Assembly: GCA_017465905.1 (NCBI GenBank)
Contig: JAFTVE010000002.1
Location: 14,865-78,864 of the forward strand
DNA from: Bacteroidaceae bacterium
GTDB taxonomy: Bacteria; Bacteroidota; Bacteroidia; Bacteroidales; Bacteroidaceae
Reading direction: 5' to 3'
Length of the DNA: 64,000 nt
Shown: positions 1 through 7,933 of the stretch, piece by piece
Numbering within the stretch: the stretch's first letter is position 1
How the letters are laid out: the number at the start of each line of letters is the position of its first letter
Made by a program: the position numbers and the translations under genes
The notes under the pieces: generated by a model
Told to the model about the DNA's origin: nothing
What the model saw: the letters and a program-made list of their open reading frames with translations, nothing else
The model's database searches: none

Positions 1-696
1 CACGGCGGCAAACTGCCCCTCGGGAGCCACCACGGTGATGTCGGCCTTGTCCACGCTACCCTCCGTGGTGTAGGTGTCGCCATCCTTGTAGGTGGTGTTG
101 CCAATCTTGATGGTGCGCCCGTCGGGGATGCTGATGGTGTAGGTGCGCTCGGCGATGACCACCTCGGTGAAGGTGTAGCGGCTACCTCCGTCGGCCGCTC
201 CGGCATCTTGCCACAGGCCCAGCGTGTTGGGCCCGTCGTAGGGGTTACCGCCCACGCCCTGGTACCAGTTGATGTACTTGTCATTGGTGCCCGATGTGGT
301 GTAGGGCTGCAGCTCGTAGTTGTCGGCCGCATAGTTGGTCACCTTGAAGTAGGCGCCCTCGACCTTCGTGTCAGAGAATTTCACGAAATCCTTGCCGTTG
401 CTGTAGCTGCCCGCCTTGGTATAGGTGAGCCACTTCTTTGCCGTATGGCTGTAGATGTAGTAGGCATTGGTGCGTCCCTCCACGGTGTAGAAGGCAAAGA
501 GACCGTAGTTCTCGGGTGTCTGTGTCGGAGCAGTGAGCGAGCTGGAGTAGACATTGTTGCCGTTCATCATCGTATACACATGCTCGGGTCGTCCCGTTTC
601 TGGTAGTGTCGTAGAGGGTTGTACCTTGTCGGCCATCAGCTGTATGGTGGCTTGGAGCATTATCAGGCAGAGTAGGGGTAAGCGTCGTGTTTTCAT
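1..696 (-). CDS. hypothetical secreted protein (N-terminal part; rest of gene lies outside the window)
   Basis: Continuous minus-strand frame from the window edge to ATG at comp(694-696). N-terminus MKTRRLPLLCLIMLQATIQLMA resembles a signal peptide. Missing from the ORF track because the window edge truncates it. No family recognised. Confidence 0.55.
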   Translation of the reverse strand, partial: MKTRRLPLLCLIMLQATIQLMADKVQPSTTLPETGRPEHVYTMMNGNNVYSSSLTAPTQTPENYGLFAFYTVEGRTNAYYIYSHTAKKWLTYTKAGSYSNGKDFVKFSDTKVEGAYFKVTNYAADNYELQPYTTSGTNDKYINWYQGVGGNPYDGPNTLGLWQDAGAADGGSRYTFTEVVIAERTYTISIPDGRTIKIGNTTYKDGDTYTTEGSVDKADITVVAPEGQFAAV

Positions 697-885
697 GTTC
701 TTCGTATGTTTTTGTGTAGAATCTTCGTCATTGAGTTGTTTTCTCTTTGCGAAGGTACGAATAAGCGAGCATAAAGTCAAGTATCAACGAGTGAAAGTAA
801 ATAATTGCTTGCATTTTTTTGCCGAGCGAGGCAGAAACTCAATAAAATTAAGTTTCACTTGAACTTTTTTCAGCGAGAGAAAACG

Positions 886-921
886 CAAAAATAAAAAGCG
901 GTGGATGAGATGTCCACCGCT
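886..921 (-). terminator. rho-independent terminator after the lipoprotein gene
   Basis: AGCGGTGGA-tgagatg-TCCACCGCT hairpin, followed on the minus strand by TTTTTATTTTTG. Confidence 0.7.
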
Positions 922-1003
922 TTAAGCAAAAAAACTTTTACCAATAATCAGCGTGAGTTACTTGAACTCATCATAATCAATTCTTTTTTTTAGTTGTTTG
1001 TTT

Positions 1004-1624
1004 TTAATATAGCTGATACATCACGGTAGCCGTAGCCAGCGTACCCACCTCGTCCAGTGTATACTCTTTGACGTGCAGGCGGATGTATTTCAGTTCACCA
1101 TCCTCTGTTGCGATATAGCCTCTGTATCCGCACTTCGGCTGCATCTCAGCCGCGTAGTGAGGAATATACTCCACCCACGAATACTGACTGTCTACGTGGG
1201 TATCGCAATAGCATTCGGGGTGCTCGGTGATATCGGCGATGCTTCTCACCTTATCCAATTGTTCCAGATAGGGGAACACATAGCAGGTGTCAGGAGTCTC
1301 CAACACTTCGTATTGCCCTGCATCGCCCCAATGGCCAGCGGTGCGGGTATGCATAAGCAACAGCAACTGGCCTCTGCCGAGCGCCAGCGTGTATTTGTAG
1401 TTGTAGTCTTCATAGATTACCACGTTGCTCCTTGTGCTCCAGCGTTCAGGATTATATTTTATTATATGGGCTTCGTGCTTCAGCGTTGCTTCCTTGATAG
1501 CTATGCTTGCTGTATAATTCGTATCCGTGGGAGGATACAGTTCTTCTTCTTCGTCACAAGCGGTGAAGGTAAAGCCCACCACAGCAACGGCCATAAGGGC
1601 ACAAATAGTCCAAAACTTTTTCAT
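1004..1624 (-). CDS. hypothetical lipoprotein
   Basis: 206-aa ORF. N-terminus MKKFWTICALMAVAVVGFTFTAC has a signal peptide with a lipobox-like Cys. A hairpin terminator follows downstream at 886-921. Confidence 0.6.
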   Translation of the reverse strand: MKKFWTICALMAVAVVGFTFTACDEEEELYPPTDTNYTASIAIKEATLKHEAHIIKYNPERWSTRSNVVIYEDYNYKYTLALGRGQLLLLMHTRTAGHWGDAGQYEVLETPDTCYVFPYLEQLDKVRSIADITEHPECYCDTHVDSQYSWVEYIPHYAAEMQPKCGYRGYIATEDGELKYIRLHVKEYTLDEVGTLATATVMYQLY

Positions 1625-1661
1625 AATCGTTTTCTAAATGTTTGAATCTGTAAAATGTTTG

Positions 1662-2363
1662 TTATTCGGTTACAGGCCTAATTGGCAACCCATGAGAGCG
1701 ATAGGTACTTATGCTCCTATTGCCGGAAACAATGTCATTGTATGTGAAAAGAATGCTGTAGGCACTGCTTGGGAAATTGCTCAAGGTCGCAGACCAATAT
1801 GCTCCTATTATATCTGCTTCATTCGCTGTACCTATTCCTGTGGGGATGCCTGTACAAGGTAAGAAGATGCTGTTCCCATTAGGACCTGTTACTATATTTC
1901 CTTTCACCCCATTAATTTCAGTAGCTTCCCAAGAGCATTTCAAACAAAGCTCCTCAAGTTCCTCTTGTGTAGGCATACGCCAAGATCCACCCCACTTGGC
2001 GCGAACCACGTCATAGGCAGTACCACTAATGTCATTACCGATGTTCTTGTACTCTTCGGAGTTGTAATAATTACCATCCTCATTCAAATCACCCAAGTAA
2101 TATTTATAGGTGAAAGGAGTATATGCTTCCTTCTCTTCAGTTTCACCCCAAGCATAATATGCTCCAGTGGCCTCAGGAGTTGAAGCTCCTATGTTGCAAT
2201 TTGCCCATTTAACCGACAAACCGAGGTCTACAGCCTCTACGTGTGACGGAGCATTATCATGCTGCTTGTCTTCGTCTTCTTTCTTGCAAGACACAAGCAT
2301 TAAAGACATTGGTAGCAGAAATAGTAACATTGCTTGTACAAAAGATGCAAATCTATTTTTCAT
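1662..2363 (-). CDS. FISUMP (Fibrobacter succinogenes major paralogous) domain lipoprotein
   Basis: Start moved to the internal ATG (MKNRFASFVQAMLLFLLPMSLMLVSCKK, lipoprotein signal) because a -7 box lies at 2394-2401. VDLGLSVKWANCNIGA...YYAWGE is typical of this Bacteroidales lipoprotein family. Confidence 0.65.
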   Translation of the reverse strand: MKNRFASFVQAMLLFLLPMSLMLVSCKKEDEDKQHDNAPSHVEAVDLGLSVKWANCNIGASTPEATGAYYAWGETEEKEAYTPFTYKYYLGDLNEDGNYYNSEEYKNIGNDISGTAYDVVRAKWGGSWRMPTQEELEELCLKCSWEATEINGVKGNIVTGPNGNSIFLPCTGIPTGIGTANEADIIGAYWSATLSNFPSSAYSILFTYNDIVSGNRSISTYRSHGLPIRPVTE

Positions 2364-2393
2364 AATCAATTCTTTTATTATTAAAAAATTGTG

Positions 2394-2401
2394 CAAATAT
2401 A
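2394..2401 (-). promoter_or_regulatory. Bacteroidetes -7 box (TAtaTTTG) for the FISUMP lipoprotein gene
   Basis: Plus strand CAAATATA, 31 nt upstream of the ATG at 2363. Confidence 0.5.
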
Positions 2402-2841
2402 CACTATATATCCATGTCCTCCAACGAATCATACAAGATTCTATACCAACGCACAAAAAAAGCGCGGACAAAACTCTGTGTATCTGTCTTTGAGGTCTTC
2501 GACTACCTTGCACCAAATATACGAGTAAAGCCCACGCCTGATGGCGTGAGCGTCATCGCTTTACTCTTGGTGCCTAGTGAAAGTGTCGAAGTTTCAAAGA
2601 CAAGATCAAAGCTAAACGCTTTCCCAATATGTCTAAAATGTGCGTATCAGCTATACGCTAATGCTCCATAGGCAAATCATTTAATGTGTTATACTTTTGT
2701 TGTATTTACCGCAAAGATACACATTAATCGCCAACAAACAAGCAACGGCGTTTTTTTTCTTAGAAGAAAAGGTATTTGGCAATTCATAAAATTAGTAACG
2801 GGCAAATAGATTTTTCCCGATAGTACAGTAGATAAACTCAA

Positions 2842-2943
2842 ATATCCATGGATATTTTATCACGTATCCACGGATATTTACTTACGTATCCATGGATATT
2901 TCATTACGTATCCGCGGATATTTCATTAAATATCCACGGTTAC
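2842..2943. repeat. five 14-bp palindromes (RTATCCRYGGATAT) phased at exactly 22 bp
   Basis: Sites at 2842-2855, 2864-2877, 2886-2899, 2908-2921 and 2930-2943 (the last is degenerate in its right half). Centre-to-centre spacing is 22 bp each time. Intergenic. Confidence 0.9.
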
Positions 2944-3132
2944 GCAAGTTTTTCTATGCTTGGAATTTGATTTTCGGACAAGTATTTCGAAACTTTACGG
3001 AGTAATCAGAAGAAGAACTTAAACCTCCCATTTTATGGCGCGAGATTCTTTGGCCGAAGCGCAAGTAGCTCGGGTTTGCAGGCGTTCTTCCTGTTATTAG
3101 GATGGCAGTCTTTGTGTAATTTCGCTCCAGGC

Positions 3133-4002
3133 TTAGAAACTGATGCTGCACTGCAGTCCGTAGGACTGGGTGTTGCGTGGCGTGGTGTGTCGCTGTTGGT
3201 CGATGATGCTGGGTCGCACCTGTACGGTGAGGTCTTCGGAGATGTCGAAGTTGGAGAGCTCGGCATCGACATAGGCATCGATGACGGAGATGAGGTATAC
3301 GCCGATGAAGCAGAAGATGCTGAGGTCGCGCTGGCGGCGGTAGTTGTCCTTACGGTTCTTGAAGACGCGCTCCAGGTAGTCGCGGTTGGCCTCCACGTTG
3401 TAGCGGGGTGGGAGGAAGTCCTCGTAGCTGGCGGTGCCGGGGTCGTCGTCCATGAGGTCGAGGTAGCCCTGCGAGTAGTCGCTGTACATCTGGTTGTTCC
3501 AGTTGAGGGCGTAGGCGCAGCCGAGGAAGCCTCCGTAGACGATGGGTAGTTTCCAGTATTTGTGGTTGTAGATCTGTCCGCCTCCGGGGAAGACGATGCC
3601 GGCCCATGTGGCTTTGCCGGGGTCGGGGGTGAAGGTGGCTATCTTCTGCAGGCGCTGCTGGCGACGGGCACTGGGGGCCTTGGGGGCTTTTGTGGTGTCG
3701 GGGGTCGCTGTGCCGGGGGAGGGCTCGGGTGTGTCTGATGGCTTGAGTATGCCCAGCTCGGCCTTTGCGGCGCGGTGGAGCGAGTCGCCCAGGGCGATGG
3801 CGCGTGTCTCGCGCGGTGTGGGGGTGGTGAGGGTGTCGCCCAGGGTGAGACGGCTGTCGCGCAGGGGCTTGAGGGGTTGGCGGTCGCCTGCTCCGAGGGT
3901 GTCGGGCACGAGGGTGTGGGCTTGTGCTGCCAGTGTTGTGGGTAGGCATAGCATCACAAGGAGTAGGAGGGTATGTAGGGCTCTGCTGCTGTGGGGTGTC
4001 AT
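3133..4002 (-). CDS. DUF5683 domain-containing protein
   Basis: Signal peptide followed by GGGQIYNHKYWKLPIVYGGFLGCAYALNWN and C-terminal VIDAYVDAELSNFDIS. Its start overlaps the parB stop (ATGA), the usual Bacteroidales arrangement. Confidence 0.7.
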   Translation of the reverse strand: MTPHSSRALHTLLLLVMLCLPTTLAAQAHTLVPDTLGAGDRQPLKPLRDSRLTLGDTLTTPTPRETRAIALGDSLHRAAKAELGILKPSDTPEPSPGTATPDTTKAPKAPSARRQQRLQKIATFTPDPGKATWAGIVFPGGGQIYNHKYWKLPIVYGGFLGCAYALNWNNQMYSDYSQGYLDLMDDDPGTASYEDFLPPRYNVEANRDYLERVFKNRKDNYRRQRDLSIFCFIGVYLISVIDAYVDAELSNFDISEDLTVQVRPSIIDQQRHTTPRNTQSYGLQCSISF

Positions 4003-4874
4003 TTTTCCTTGAGTTTGTCAAGCAATCCGATGATGCGCTCGAGCTCGCGCTCGTTGTCGAAGGCGATGGCTATCTTGCCCTTGCCTCTGTTGCTGCAGGT
4101 GAGGATGACCTCGGTCTGGAAGTAGTTGGAGAGGTGCTTCTTGAGCATCTCGTAGTCGTTGGCGGGCTTGGGGGGTGTGGCGGCTTGCTTGGCTGCCTTT
4201 GCCTTGCTCTTCTTGATGAGTTCCTCGACCTTGCGTACGGAGTAGCCGAAGGTCTGTATCTCCTCGAAGAGGCGTATCTGCTCTATGGGGTTGTCGAGGG
4301 CGAGGAGTGCGCGGGCGTGGCCCATGTCGAGCTCGCGGTTCTTGAGGGCTACCTGTATCTGTGCGGGGAGCTTGAGCAGGCGCAGGTAGTTGGCGATGGT
4401 GGTGCGTTTCTTGCCTACGCGCTCGCTGAGCTTCTCCTGGGTGAGGCTGTACTCCTCGAGCAGGTGCTGGTAGGCGAGGGCTATCTCCATGGAGTTGAGG
4501 TCCTCGCGCTGTATGTTCTCGATGAGGGCCATCTCCATGACGTTCTCGTCGTCGGCAGTGCGTATGTAGGCGGGCACGGTGGTGAGCCCGGCGAGCTGCG
4601 ATGCACGGAAACGGCGCTCGCCGGCGATGATCTGGTAGGTGCCGTCGTCCATCTTGCGCAGGGTGATGGGCTGTATGATGCCTATCTCCTTGATGGAGTC
4701 GGCGAGCTCCTGCAGTGCCTCGGGGTCGAACTCGCGGCGCGGCTGGTTGGGGTTGGCCTTGATGTGGCTGATGGCTATCTCGCTGATGGAGGATGAGCCT
4801 TCGGTCTTCACCGTGTCGGTGGCGATGAGGGCGTCGAGGCCACGGCCTAAGGAGGGGTATTTCTTGGTTGCCAT
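3999..4874 (-). CDS. parB: chromosome partitioning protein ParB
   Basis: LGRGLDALI, IQPITLRK and GERRFRAS motifs. Start set at MATKKYPSLGRGL; the 30-aa upstream extension in the track is read from the repeat element. Confidence 0.9.
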   Translation of the reverse strand: MATKKYPSLGRGLDALIATDTVKTEGSSSISEIAISHIKANPNQPRREFDPEALQELADSIKEIGIIQPITLRKMDDGTYQIIAGERRFRASQLAGLTTVPAYIRTADDENVMEMALIENIQREDLNSMEIALAYQHLLEEYSLTQEKLSERVGKKRTTIANYLRLLKLPAQIQVALKNRELDMGHARALLALDNPIEQIRLFEEIQTFGYSVRKVEELIKKSKAKAAKQAATPPKPANDYEMLKKHLSNYFQTEVILTCSNRGKGKIAIAFDNERELERIIGLLDKLKEK

Positions 4875-4884
4875 ATCTTTTTTT

Positions 4885-5047
4885 AGTTGAAAGTTGAAAG
4901 ATGAAAGTTGAAAGTAGGCTTCGCGATGTGTTCCCTGCTGGATGACAAAACTTTTATCTTTCACTTTTCAGCGTTTCATTTTTTTAAAGTTATTTTTCTG
5001 AGTTGTAAGTAGGAAAACTTTCATCTTTCATCTTTCCACTTTTTTTA
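4885..5047. repeat. GAAAG-word hairpin element, copy 1 (between parB and the four-helix-bundle gene)
   Basis: AGTTGAAAGTTGAAAGATGAAAGTTGAAAGT ... AAAACTTTCATCTTTCATCTTTCCACT. The terminal arms are imperfect reverse complements. Roughly 90 percent identical, by eye, to copy 2. Confidence 0.9.
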
Positions 5048-5402
5048 TGTTATTATTCTGTTTGCTGGTTTTTATACTTGCAGTAAGTAGTGCTATAAGT
5101 TCTTTTAAATCACTGTACATAGAGCTGAAGTGCTGTTCATCTATAATTCCACTTTCGTGTAGAAGCTCTAACCAATAGGCAGTTTCATCTGCTTCTTTTA
5201 GGGCGATGGATAGTTTGTTGATAAAGTCAGCGCTACTTTGGGCATTGTTGCTTTCTCGTGCATTGGCACCTATGCTGGTCCCGCTACGCAGAATTTGTTT
5301 GGATATAACGCACTCATTCTTCTCTTTTTGGAGATAAGAATAGAAACGTATTATCCTTATTGCAAATTGTTTGCTTTTTTGTAACAATGGTCCGTAACTC
5401 AT
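5028..5402 (-). CDS. four-helix-bundle protein (23S rRNA intervening-sequence protein / Avd-like family)
   Basis: 124 aa. Family-typical SKQILRSGTSIGANARE...ALKEADETAYWLELL. Looks markedly AT-richer than its neighbours. The stop codon lies inside the flanking repeat. Confidence 0.85.
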   Translation of the reverse strand: MSYGPLLQKSKQFAIRIIRFYSYLQKEKNECVISKQILRSGTSIGANARESNNAQSSADFINKLSIALKEADETAYWLELLHESGIIDEQHFSSMYSDLKELIALLTASIKTSKQNNNIKKVER

Positions 5403-5411
5403 AGCTCTCTT

Positions 5412-5582
5412 AGTTGAAAGTTGAAAGATGAAAGTTGAAAGTAGGCTTTGCGATGTGTTTCCTGCCGGATGGCAATAATCTTTCTTCTTTCACTTTTCAG
5501 CGTTTCATTTTTTTAAAGTTATTTTTCTGAGTTGGAAGTAGGAAAACTTTCATCTTTCATCTTTCCACTTTCCACTTTTTTT
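5412..5582. repeat. GAAAG-word hairpin element, copy 2 (between the four-helix-bundle gene and parA; overlaps the parA 3' end)
   Basis: Direct repeat of 4885-5047, offset by 527 bp. Contains the parA stop codon and its last 8 codons. Confidence 0.9.
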
Positions 5583-6332
5583 AATGATTTCCTGTGCCAA
5601 AGTCAAGTAGTTCTGTGCTCCCTTCGACTCGGCATCGTAGAGGATGGCGGGGATGCCGTGGCTGGGGGCTTCGCTGAGGCGTACGTTGCGCTGGATGACG
5701 GTGTCGAACACCAGCTCCTGGAAGTGGCGGCGCACCTCGTCGAGAACTTGGTTGCTCAGGCGCAGGCGTGAATCGTACATCGTGAGCAGGAAGCCCTCGA
5801 TGTTGAGGCCGGGGTTGAGCTTCGACTTGATGATCTTGATGGTGTTGAGCAGCTTGCTGATGCCCTCCAGAGCGAAGTATTCGCACTGTACGGGGATGAT
5901 GACCGAGTGGGCTGCCGTGAGGGCGTTGACCGTGATGAGGCCCAGCGAGGGCGAGCAGTCGATGAGGATGTAGTCGTACTCGTTGACGAAGGGCTCGAGC
6001 ATGCGCTTGAGCACGGTCTCGCGGTGCTCGAGGTTGAGCATCTCGATTTCGGCCCCCACGAGGTCGATGTGTGAGGCTATCACTTCAAGGCCTTCGATAT
6101 CGGTCGTGTATATGGCTTCGCGAGGGTCGCGGCCGTCGATGAGGCATTCGTAGATGGAGCAGTCCACATTGTGGATGTCCACGCCGAGGCCCGATGAGGC
6201 GTTGGCCTGAGGGTCGGCATCGATGAGCAGTACTTTCTTCTCCAGCGTGGCCAGCGAGGCGGCGAGGTTGATGGCGGTAGTGGTCTTGCCCACGCCTCCC
6301 TTCTGGTTGGCCAATGCAATAATCTTTCCCAT
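5550..6332 (-). CDS. parA: chromosome partitioning ATPase ParA/Soj
   Basis: MGKIIALANQKGGVGKTTTAINLAASLA has the deviant Walker A motif, and ParA similarity runs full length. The last 8 codons (SGKWKDER) and the stop are encoded by the repeat element. Confidence 0.93.
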   Translation of the reverse strand: MGKIIALANQKGGVGKTTTAINLAASLATLEKKVLLIDADPQANASSGLGVDIHNVDCSIYECLIDGRDPREAIYTTDIEGLEVIASHIDLVGAEIEMLNLEHRETVLKRMLEPFVNEYDYILIDCSPSLGLITVNALTAAHSVIIPVQCEYFALEGISKLLNTIKIIKSKLNPGLNIEGFLLTMYDSRLRLSNQVLDEVRRHFQELVFDTVIQRNVRLSEAPSHGIPAILYDAESKGAQNYLTLAQEIIKKSGKWKDER

Positions 6333-6610
6333 TTTCTAATACTTGCTATTGTTTTCGACCGCGAAATAAACAAATATCTGTGTAACTTTGCTAAAAAACG
6401 TCCTAAACTTTCTAAAAATGTGGATAACTCCCCGTTTTTGTTAATAACTCGGGGTGGCTGTGGTTTTTTGTGCAACTGAGTTGCAAAGTTGGGCCGCGAG
6501 GGGCCAAGGTGTTGGTAATCTCGCAAAGTTGCTGTAAATTCGCGGTGTCAAAAGATGATGATGGTGATGCTGACGTTGTCGGCTGACCTTATTAAAAAAA
6601 GAAGTGTATT

Positions 6611-7909
6611 ATGCAAGAGATTATCAACCTCATCAATGAGATGTCGCCCTACCTGCTGCTGGGCTTCGGCATCGCTGGACTGATGCATACGTTTGTGCCT
6701 AACCGCCTGTATAGCCGCTACCTCTCGGGACGCAACTTCCGCTCGGTGCTCTACGCAGCTGCGCTGGGTGTGCCCCTGCCGCTGTGCTCGTGCGGTGTGT
6801 TGCCCACGGCCATGTCGCTCCGTCGGGAGGGGGCCTCGAAGGGTGCCACGACATCGTTTCTCATCGCTACGCCGCAGACGGGTGTAGACTCCATCATGGC
6901 TACCTACTCGCTCATGGGCTTGCCCTTTGCCGTCATACGCCCCGTGGCAGCGCTGGTGACGGCTCTGCTGGGCGGCACGCTGGTGAATGCCTTCGACCGT
7001 GGAGGCGAGCAGGAAGCTCATGCCCCGGCGCAGGAGAGCGAGAGGCACCTCACGCTGAAGGAGAAGGTGGTGGGGGCGCTGCGCTATGGCTATGTCGACA
7101 TGATGCAGGACATCGGCAAGTGGCTCATCATAGGTCTGCTCGTGGCTGGACTCATCACCGTGGCCGTGCCCGACGGCTTCTTTGCGGCCTTTGCCCATCG
7201 CCCCCTGCTGGGCATGCTGCTGGTGCTGGCGTGTGCGGTACCCATGTATCTGTGTGCCACAGGCTCTATCCCCATCGCTGTGGCGCTGATGCTCAAGGGC
7301 ATGACTCCCGGTGCCGCTCTGGTGCTGCTCATGGCGGGGCCGGCGGTGAATGTGGCCTCCATACTCGTCATACGCAAGGTGCTGGGTGGGCGCACCCTGT
7401 GGCTCTATCTCGCTGCCATTGTGGGTGGAGCTATCGCCTTTGCCCTGGGCGTGGACTACCTGCTGCCGCGCGAGTGGTTCACCGAGAGCCTGACAGCTAT
7501 CACGGCATCGTGCCATACGCATACCCCGTGGTTCAATATACTGTGCACAGCCGTCCTTCTGGTCCTGCTCGCTGGTGCACTGGTGCGCAGGTTTGTACGC
7601 AAGACTGCACACGAGGAGTGTGAATGTGGCGGATCGTGCCACGCGGAGGCATGTGAATGTGGCGGCGCGTGCCACGAGGAGGACCCTGTGGCGCAGGAGG
7701 TGAAGAGCCAGGAGAGGGTCTACATCGTCACCGGCATGCACTGCAACCATTGCCGCAACAGTGTGATGCGCGCCGTGGGCAGCCTACCCGGTGTGGAGGC
7801 TGTGGAGGTGGATCTCCAGAGCGGCAGGATGACGGTAAGCGGTACTGCCGAGCCGGGCGAGGTGGTGCAGGCTATCGATGCCTTGGGATTCGGAGGCGAG
7901 CTTGTGTAG
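6611..7909 (+). CDS. SO_0444-type Cu/Zn efflux permease with Cys/His-rich linker and C-terminal HMA domain
   Basis: Multi-TM permease (DUF318/ArsP-like). Contains CECGGSCHAEACECGGACHEE and then an HMA fold, YIVTGMHCNHCRNSVMRAV. Confidence 0.8.
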   Translation: MQEIINLINEMSPYLLLGFGIAGLMHTFVPNRLYSRYLSGRNFRSVLYAAALGVPLPLCSCGVLPTAMSLRREGASKGATTSFLIATPQTGVDSIMATYSLMGLPFAVIRPVAALVTALLGGTLVNAFDRGGEQEAHAPAQESERHLTLKEKVVGALRYGYVDMMQDIGKWLIIGLLVAGLITVAVPDGFFAAFAHRPLLGMLLVLACAVPMYLCATGSIPIAVALMLKGMTPGAALVLLMAGPAVNVASILVIRKVLGGRTLWLYLAAIVGGAIAFALGVDYLLPREWFTESLTAITASCHTHTPWFNILCTAVLLVLLAGALVRRFVRKTAHEECECGGSCHAEACECGGACHEEDPVAQEVKSQERVYIVTGMHCNHCRNSVMRAVGSLPGVEAVEVDLQSGRMTVSGTAEPGEVVQAIDALGFGGELV

Positions 7910-7933
7910 ATATGAACAGACAATGACGATAAT

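Noticed and set aside
2842-2943. Reading the 22-bp palindrome array as a canonical parS site.
   Set aside because: The sequence does not resemble the conserved chromosomal parS consensus TGTTNCACGTGAAACA. It is kept only as an unassigned protein-binding array (see findings).
4875-4964. N-terminal extensions given by the track for parB (30 aa), the GH88/105 gene (102 aa, 34660-34965), murF-alr (68 aa, 37272-37475), the FISUMP lipoprotein (51 aa), the GSCFA gene (22 aa) and fprA (11 aa).
   Set aside because: The extensions are translated from repeat elements or contain the gene's own -7 promoter box. Internal ATGs give canonical N-termini or signal peptides.
6419-6427. A perfect DnaA box TGTGGATAA in the divergent parA/permease spacer, where gene orientation also switches. 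This raised the possibility of oriC. A nearby -7 box (6383-6390) followed by a weak CCCCG/CGGGG hairpin plus T run could also be a small RNA or leader.
   Set aside because: There is only one consensus box, no cluster and no obvious AT-rich unwinding element, and gene orientation switches back again at about 10.1 kb. The hairpin has only a 5-bp stem. Neither idea has enough support to claim.
6548-7750. Long antisense or out-of-frame ORFs inside GC-rich genes. Examples: 6548-7750(-), 3350-4021(-), 3924-4796(+), 17082-18074(-), 34626-35990(+), 38399-39457(-), 19831-20625(+), 7955-8524(-).
   Set aside because: Each overlaps a gene with clear family signatures on the other strand or frame. Their translations are Arg/Pro/Gly/Ala/His-rich low-complexity strings typical of shadow ORFs in high-GC coding DNA.
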